A stretch of 64,000 nucleotides of DNA from a candidate division WOR-3 bacterium (lineage in GTDB: Bacteria > Hydrothermota > Tepidihabitantia > Tepidihabitantales > Tepidihabitantaceae), in the NCBI GenBank assembly GCA_020352555.1, contig CP070680.1, positions 1,620,603 through 1,684,602 on the forward strand, given 5' to 3'. Positions 58,892 through 64,000 of this stretch are shown piece after piece (the first letter of the stretch is position 1; every line of letters begins with the position of its first letter). The translations under genes were made by a program, and so were the position numbers. The notes under the pieces are model-generated. The model did no database searches. It worked only from the letters and a program-made list of their open reading frames with translations, and was not told the DNA's origin.

Positions 58892-61498
58892 CTAGTCCAA
58901 CTTCACCACTTTTCTCACACCAAGGAATGAGTCGGTCTTCATCCTCAGGTAGTAGATCCCGCGACTGACGCTGCGTCCTGCTTCGTCTACGCCCGACCAG
59001 ACTGCTTTGTGATATCCTGCCTGACGCTCCGTGGCGACCAGGGTCTTGATACGCTGCCCTCCGACCGAATAGACCGCAAGTTCGACCTGCGAGGCGACCG
59101 GCAGCCCGTAGTGGACCGAAGTGCGGGCATCGAACGGGTTCGGCCGTCCCGCATCCACGAAAAAGACCCTTGGCACATTGGGGTCCTCGAAGACTGCGGT
59201 GCTGCCGGCGATCACCTCGAACGTATCCTGCCGGGCGTTGTTGTTCACGCTCTCATCACCCGACAACATGGTAGAGCACCTTGCCTCGAAGACGCCGACC
59301 GTATCCGCAATCCAGTCGATGAAAGCAACCGTATCTGTCTCACCGGCGACAAGCGACACGGACTGGGTATCAGCATAGATCTGCCCGATCGAGAACACCG
59401 CGTCAAATGTCTCAGGGTTCGAGCCGAAGTTACCGACCAGCGCCATCGGCGTCACCACCGTACCGCTGTCGATTGTGGCAATCGGTGCCAGTATTCGAAC
59501 CACACCTACGTCGTGTCCCGGACCTGCGCCGAAGATACCGATGGCGGCCAGGGCATACGGCTGCGGTCCCTGTGGGACGTTGGGTGCGCTGACCTTGACC
59601 GTCCAGGAACCGGTCTCTGGCGAATTGAGTCTGAAGCACTCCTCGACATTGAGTGTGTCGTAGATGCCGCCGGTCTGGGACTCTCCGCCCGAGTAGACGT
59701 TGCCTTTGTACTCGACTCCTGTCGGCGACACCACGGTCAGGTCAAGGTTGTTGACCAGAATCAATGCAGCCTGCATGGTTCCCGGGTAGTCGGACCAGCA
59801 CAGCGATACCCGGAACGGCCGGACCGAGTCAGTGACCTCGATGGTGTATACCGCTGAATCACCGGTCGTCAGCCCCGATGTGTCGTCCGTCACCCACAGC
59901 TTGCTTTGGTCCCCGGCAAAATAGAGAGAAGAATCCAGATCCACCCGGCCCCAGCCGATGTTGTTGTCGGGCACGGTGTAGCCAGAGATGTCGTTGTCCG
60001 CGCCCACGATCGCAACGGCCTTGTTGAGCGCGGCCGATATCTCGGTCGGAGTGCCGGTGTTCGTGTCTCCGGTCGGGTAGAAGCCCTTGCGGAAGTAGTC
60101 ACGGATAAGCGCGGTCGCCGCGGTCATGTTGGGCGTCGACATCGAAGTCCCCGACATCAGACGGTAGCCGGAAGCGTTCGTGTTGGAAGCCGACATCACG
60201 TCCTCGCCAGGCGACACCAGCTGCGGCTTCTGTCGGCCGTCCGCGGTCGGCCCGCGGGAAGTGAACGTCGCAATCTGGTTGGCGTCGGTTCCGTTCTGTG
60301 TCGCGCCGGTCGCGATGATGTTCTTGGCGATAACGGGATGCCCCATCCGGTTGGTGCTGTAGTTGCCCATCGAGTTGCAGTGCATGAACTGCGGGTGGTT
60401 CCAGATGAACTGGTCGGCCGTCATGTCGCTGAACACGTAGGTGTTGAAGGTGTCCTTGCGGGACAGACTCATCGAGTGGTTGAGCGCCCGCATGCCACCG
60501 ACACCGGACTCGGGTCCTGCGAACCAGACGTTCATATCCCAGCCGGTCGGGAATGAGGAGTAGTACTGGAAATAGAGCTTCGCCTCCTTTGCCAGCCCGT
60601 CGTTCCAGGACGAACCGCCCACCTCGTCGTCGTTACCGCACACCGTGCCACCAGTATGGGTCCCATGGCTGCTGGAGCCCTGTGTCCCGAAGTAGTGGAT
60701 GACTTTGCGGTGAGTCGGGCCCGGCGTGTTGTTGACCGTGTCTCGGAAGGCATCATGGCTCATCCACAGCTGCATGTCGGTCAGCCCGCAAGTGATACTG
60801 CTGCCTACGACTCCCTTGGCCCAAACCGTCCTCGTGGTATCCGAAACCGTATACCCGTGCTGGTCCACCCACTGCAGGTCCATGTTGTCTGGAGTAATCT
60901 CGCTGTACGGCTCGATCCAGAATACGCCCGGCAGCCCGGCAACCTCGGGTATCTGCGCCGCGTCGATGTCGAGCTTGACGCTCTTGTTCCACGCGTTGAA
61001 CTCGGCGACGATGCCGGTTGCACCCAATGCCTGAAGTCGGTCGAGAAGCCCGTATTCGTTCTCGCCCCTGAAGAACACAACGATCAGGGTCTGAGGTCCC
61101 CCCCAGTTCTCAAGCCCCGGGAAGACCTTGTAGGCAGGCTGGTACAGCCCGAGCCAGCGGACTTCGGGTATGGCGCTGACATCGTCGACCTGGTCTTCGG
61201 GCACCCGACTGATGAACGTATACTGCGGCAGATACCAAAGTAGCTCTGCACCTGCGCGCTCGACAGCCTTCTTCCACTCATCTCGAATCGGACCGTTGAA
61301 TTGGATCAGATAGTAGCCGTAGTCGCCGTCGTAGCCGCTCACGGTTAGGCTGACCGGGAGCTCGGGATGCTCGGCTACCGGATCGAACGAATAGCCCTGC
61401 ACAAGGCTGACCTTTGGACCGGACACAGCGGCACGGGCCTGGCCCACCGCGGTCCCCAACAGCACAGCAAACAGGATCGGTATCACGGACCTCACCAT
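58892..61498 (-). CDS. S8 family subtilisin-like serine peptidase with T9SS C-terminal sorting domain
   Basis: Signal peptide MVRSVIPILFAVLLGTAVGQARA. Catalytic triad motifs (D…HGTHTGGT…GTSMSTP). Additional beta-sandwich domains. CTD …RGIYYLRMKTDSFLGVRKVVKLD. Confidence 0.85.
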   Translation of the reverse strand: MVRSVIPILFAVLLGTAVGQARAAVSGPKVSLVQGYSFDPVAEHPELPVSLTVSGYDGDYGYYLIQFNGPIRDEWKKAVERAGAELLWYLPQYTFISRVPEDQVDDVSAIPEVRWLGLYQPAYKVFPGLENWGGPQTLIVVFFRGENEYGLLDRLQALGATGIVAEFNAWNKSVKLDIDAAQIPEVAGLPGVFWIEPYSEITPDNMDLQWVDQHGYTVSDTTRTVWAKGVVGSSITCGLTDMQLWMSHDAFRDTVNNTPGPTHRKVIHYFGTQGSSSHGTHTGGTVCGNDDEVGGSSWNDGLAKEAKLYFQYYSSFPTGWDMNVWFAGPESGVGGMRALNHSMSLSRKDTFNTYVFSDMTADQFIWNHPQFMHCNSMGNYSTNRMGHPVIAKNIIATGATQNGTDANQIATFTSRGPTADGRQKPQLVSPGEDVMSASNTNASGYRLMSGTSMSTPNMTAATALIRDYFRKGFYPTGDTNTGTPTEISAALNKAVAIVGADNDISGYTVPDNNIGWGRVDLDSSLYFAGDQSKLWVTDDTSGLTTGDSAVYTIEVTDSVRPFRVSLCWSDYPGTMQAALILVNNLDLTVVSPTGVEYKGNVYSGGESQTGGIYDTLNVEECFRLNSPETGSWTVKVSAPNVPQGPQPYALAAIGIFGAGPGHDVGVVRILAPIATIDSGTVVTPMALVGNFGSNPETFDAVFSIGQIYADTQSVSLVAGETDTVAFIDWIADTVGVFEARCSTMLSGDESVNNNARQDTFEVIAGSTAVFEDPNVPRVFFVDAGRPNPFDARTSVHYGLPVASQVELAVYSVGGQRIKTLVATERQAGYHKAVWSGVDEAGRSVSRGIYYLRMKTDSFLGVRKVVKLD

Positions 61499-61557
61499 TT
61501 TCTTCTCCCTTTCGGTTCTGGATTGCGCGCGGGACTGCTGCGTCTCTGAAGTACGCA

Positions 61558-61572
61558 CATTTTAGACTCTAG
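61558..61572 (-). promoter_or_regulatory. Shared promoter-like motif (minus strand CTAGAGTCTAAAATG) ~60 nt upstream of the S8 peptidase start
   Basis: Same core as the motif upstream of groES. An upstream TTGGGC could serve as a -35. Confidence 0.3.
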
Positions 61573-61733
61573 TGCCAGGGCCCAAGATGCGCAGCGGTTC
61601 GCGACCGGCTCTCGGCCGGTTCAACAGTAGCTCGATCTCACAGATTGACAAATCTGCCTCTCAATAGATAGGTTGGTACCTGCAATGCCTTGCGTGACAA
61701 GGAGTTAGCCCGACGGGGGACACCCAGTTGCCA

Positions 61734-62267
61734 CTAGCGCTGGACAACGAGCTTGCAGGACTCCAGCAGGTCGCCGGTGACGAACCGGCAGAAGTAGACG
61801 CCCCCGGCAACGGTTCGACCCTGGTGATCGGTTCCATCCCACACCGCCTCGTACCTTCCGGGTACCATGTCTGCGTCTCTGAGGGTTTGGACAACTCTTC
61901 CGGTCGGGTCGTAGAGCCTGAGCGAGACCCGGGCTGGTGATGCCAAGGTATATCGGATTCGTGTTCTGCCGGGTGTCGGGTTCGGTCCCACCGTGCCAAG
62001 GCCTGTCTCCAGACCCAGCGTTTTCGGACCCGTCCTGTCCTCCTTCAGTCCAACCACGAACTGTGCCTGCCAGAACCCGATGATGGCCAAAAAGCTCGTG
62101 CCACCGATGTTGCCCACTCCAACCTGCCCGGCTGTCACACCAGCGGCGTAGCTGGACGAGGCCATCCTCCCGCCTGCGCAGCTGTTCACGTGCCAGCCAA
62201 CATGGTAGTTCTGGGCCAAGGTCGCCGTCGCCATCAACACAAGCCCAAAGACGCACCTGGCCTTCAC
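61734..62267 (-). CDS. Small secreted protein (~70-aa cargo) with T9SS C-terminal sorting domain
   Basis: Signal peptide MKARCVFGLVLMATATLA. CTD …GGVYFCRFVTGDLLESCKLVVQR. Confidence 0.5.
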   Translation of the reverse strand: MKARCVFGLVLMATATLAQNYHVGWHVNSCAGGRMASSSYAAGVTAGQVGVGNIGGTSFLAIIGFWQAQFVVGLKEDRTGPKTLGLETGLGTVGPNPTPGRTRIRYTLASPARVSLRLYDPTGRVVQTLRDADMVPGRYEAVWDGTDHQGRTVAGGVYFCRFVTGDLLESCKLVVQR

Positions 62268-63964
62268 TGCTTGCCCCCTTCGATGTCGGCCAGCCTGGCC
62301 TCCAGTCGAGACATCTTCTGGTTCTGAGCCTTGAGCACGGCAAAGAGAAAGCCGATGGCATCTCCGGTCTTGATGCCGTCTCTTGCGTGCGTCGCGACCG
62401 CCGCTGGGGCGCTCTCGGTCACCAGCCCGATGTGCTCGTCGCTGCCGTCATCGTCGCTCAGCCAGAACCTGACGACCTCGGTTGCATCAAGGTCCGCGAG
62501 CACTTCGTCGAGTTCCTCGCCGACGACGGGACGGACATTGGTCATCGCGTCCGGCAAAGATGCGTTCACCCACTGCGTGCCGGTGCAGTAGGCCCCGCCC
62601 CTCACGTCGATGCGGCGGGTAGGATTCGCGATACCGACGCCGAGCTTGGTCACCGAGTCTCCATGGCAGAACACCACTGCATTCCCGGTCGAAGTCACGA
62701 AGTCCCGACCGAACGCGAAAGTGAAATGCGCCCCTGTCCTGGCCCGCACTCGTTCTCCGGCAACGAGTGCGACCCGGGCCTGGCATGTGTCGTAGCGCCC
62801 AGCCAAGACCGTGGCGACCTCCGCATCTGCCGAGTTCGCGAGCCCACCGGCGACCGTCGAATAGCCGCCTCTCGCGCGGTTATACCCGCCGCCAGAAACC
62901 GTGCAGCCGCGGTCAAGCCCGCTGTTGCCCGCCCCGCCGCTCACCGTCGCCTCCTGCCCGGATGCGATGTTGCCGCTTCCACCGGCCACAGCAGACGACC
63001 GGCCGGTCGCTGTGTTGTTCTCGCCGCCGCCGACCGTCGCGCTGCGGCCGCCGGTGCTGTTACGCTGCCCTCCGGATACAACCGCATACCGGCCCGATGC
63101 CCGGCAGCTGTCCCCGCCGCCGACGGTTGCGTGGACGCTGTCGGCGATGTTTTCCGAACCCCCGCAAACCACCGTCCTGTCCGCCAGCGTACGGTTGTAG
63201 TATCCGCCAGCTACGACCGATGCGTTGCCGCTGGCGTGGTTACCGACACCGCCCGAGATCGTCGCATACGAACTGTCGATGTAGTTGCTGCGGCCACCGC
63301 CCAACGTGCCGTATTCCGCGGCGATGGCGTTGTCGCGCCCGCCGCCTATGACGCAGTAGGGCTCGTCGGTCCGGTTCAGCTGCCCGCCTCCGATTGCGCT
63401 GTGGCCATCGCCAAACGCGCCGTTGTCTCTGCCGCCACCCACGAATGACGCGTACGACGCGATGTTCCCGATCCCACCGCCGACGGTGCCGTAGTCGCCC
63501 CAGACACGGTTCAGAGTCCCACCGCCGACAGTACTGAACGCCGAGTCGGCATGGTTGCTCTGCCCGCCTGCCACAACCGCGTACTGCCCTTGGGCGTCGT
63601 TGTTGTCGCCACCGCCCACTGCAGCGCCGGTATCCCTGGCTGTGTTCTGGAAACCGCCCGCCACGTTGGCCAGCCATCCGCTTGCGTTGTTGCTTCCGCC
63701 CCCTCCGACCGAAGAGTACAGGCCGCCAGCCGTGTTCTGAGACCCGCCGCTCACACTGGCATAGCTGGCTGACGCCACGTTGCCGGTGCCGCCAACAGCT
63801 GAGGAGTAGGCCGCGTTGGCCTGGTTGCTGTGTCCGGCCGCGAAGGCGTGGTTGCCGGCGTTCGTGGACTGGAATCCGATTCTACCTTTGCCGTATACCC
63901 GCAGGTCGCCGCCGACCGCGAAGTCGCCGGGCACTGAATCCGGGATGCCGCCACTGCCACCCAC
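62264..63964 (-). CDS. Hep_Hag (YadA-head-like 14-residue repeat) protein with C-terminal S74-type intramolecular chaperone domain; tail-fibre/adhesin-like, N-terminus may lie beyond the window
   Basis: About 25 consecutive 14-aa repeats (GG.xN.A.G.YS.V). The C-terminus (…EELDEVLADLDATEVVRFW…HIGLVTESAPAAV…KTGDAIGFLFAVLKAQNQKMSRLEARLADIE) matches the endosialidase-chaperone (Peptidase_S74) pattern with a terminal coiled coil. Confidence 0.65.
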   Translation of the reverse strand: MGGSGGIPDSVPGDFAVGGDLRVYGKGRIGFQSTNAGNHAFAAGHSNQANAAYSSAVGGTGNVASASYASVSGGSQNTAGGLYSSVGGGGSNNASGWLANVAGGFQNTARDTGAAVGGGDNNDAQGQYAVVAGGQSNHADSAFSTVGGGTLNRVWGDYGTVGGGIGNIASYASFVGGGRDNGAFGDGHSAIGGGQLNRTDEPYCVIGGGRDNAIAAEYGTLGGGRSNYIDSSYATISGGVGNHASGNASVVAGGYYNRTLADRTVVCGGSENIADSVHATVGGGDSCRASGRYAVVSGGQRNSTGGRSATVGGGENNTATGRSSAVAGGSGNIASGQEATVSGGAGNSGLDRGCTVSGGGYNRARGGYSTVAGGLANSADAEVATVLAGRYDTCQARVALVAGERVRARTGAHFTFAFGRDFVTSTGNAVVFCHGDSVTKLGVGIANPTRRIDVRGGAYCTGTQWVNASLPDAMTNVRPVVGEELDEVLADLDATEVVRFWLSDDDGSDEHIGLVTESAPAAVATHARDGIKTGDAIGFLFAVLKAQNQKMSRLEARLADIEGGKQ

Positions 63965-64000
63965 ACTGTCGTTGGCCGGGACCCAAGTGCTGCCACTCCA

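Noticed and set aside
62387-63448. 353-aa + strand ORF
   Set aside because: Antisense to the Hep_Hag repeat gene. The DNA repeat keeps every frame open.

Overview
High-GC (~65%) bacterial chromosomal window. It encodes nine proteins with TIGR04183-like type IX secretion (T9SS) C-terminal sorting domains (CTDs), which suggests an FCB-group lineage (Gemmatimonadota/Eisenbacteria-like, not resolvable here). Core housekeeping content: folC; the lipid A cluster skp-lpxD-lpxC-fabZ-lpxA; mtaB-like; rpsA; ispH; plsC-like; cmk; dtxR-feoA-feoB-feoC; a sirtuin; nadE; yebC-ruvC-ruvA-ruvB; rsmG; groES-groEL; a tRNA-Val; and one stand-alone 16S rRNA gene with no 23S/5S in the window. Accessory content: three tandem arylsulfotransferase (ASST)-like beta-propeller CTD proteins, one with a C-type lectin domain; a cobalamin riboswitch upstream of a TonB-dependent receptor; an active/degenerate pair of SNase-like nucleases; secreted M23, M28 and S8 peptidases; a three-gene c-type haem/beta-barrel module; a Hep_Hag-repeat protein with an S74 intramolecular-chaperone C-terminus; a lower-GC four-gene islet with a minimal nucleotidyltransferase between rsmG and the 16S gene; and a 12-bp tandem minisatellite in an ~1.5 kb gene-free gap. 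No CRISPR array, transposase or integrase was seen. The most unusual candidates are the nucleotidyltransferase islet abutting an unlinked, terminator-capped 16S gene, the lectin-ASST secreted enzyme array, and the haem lipoprotein/CxxCH-CTD/beta-barrel module.
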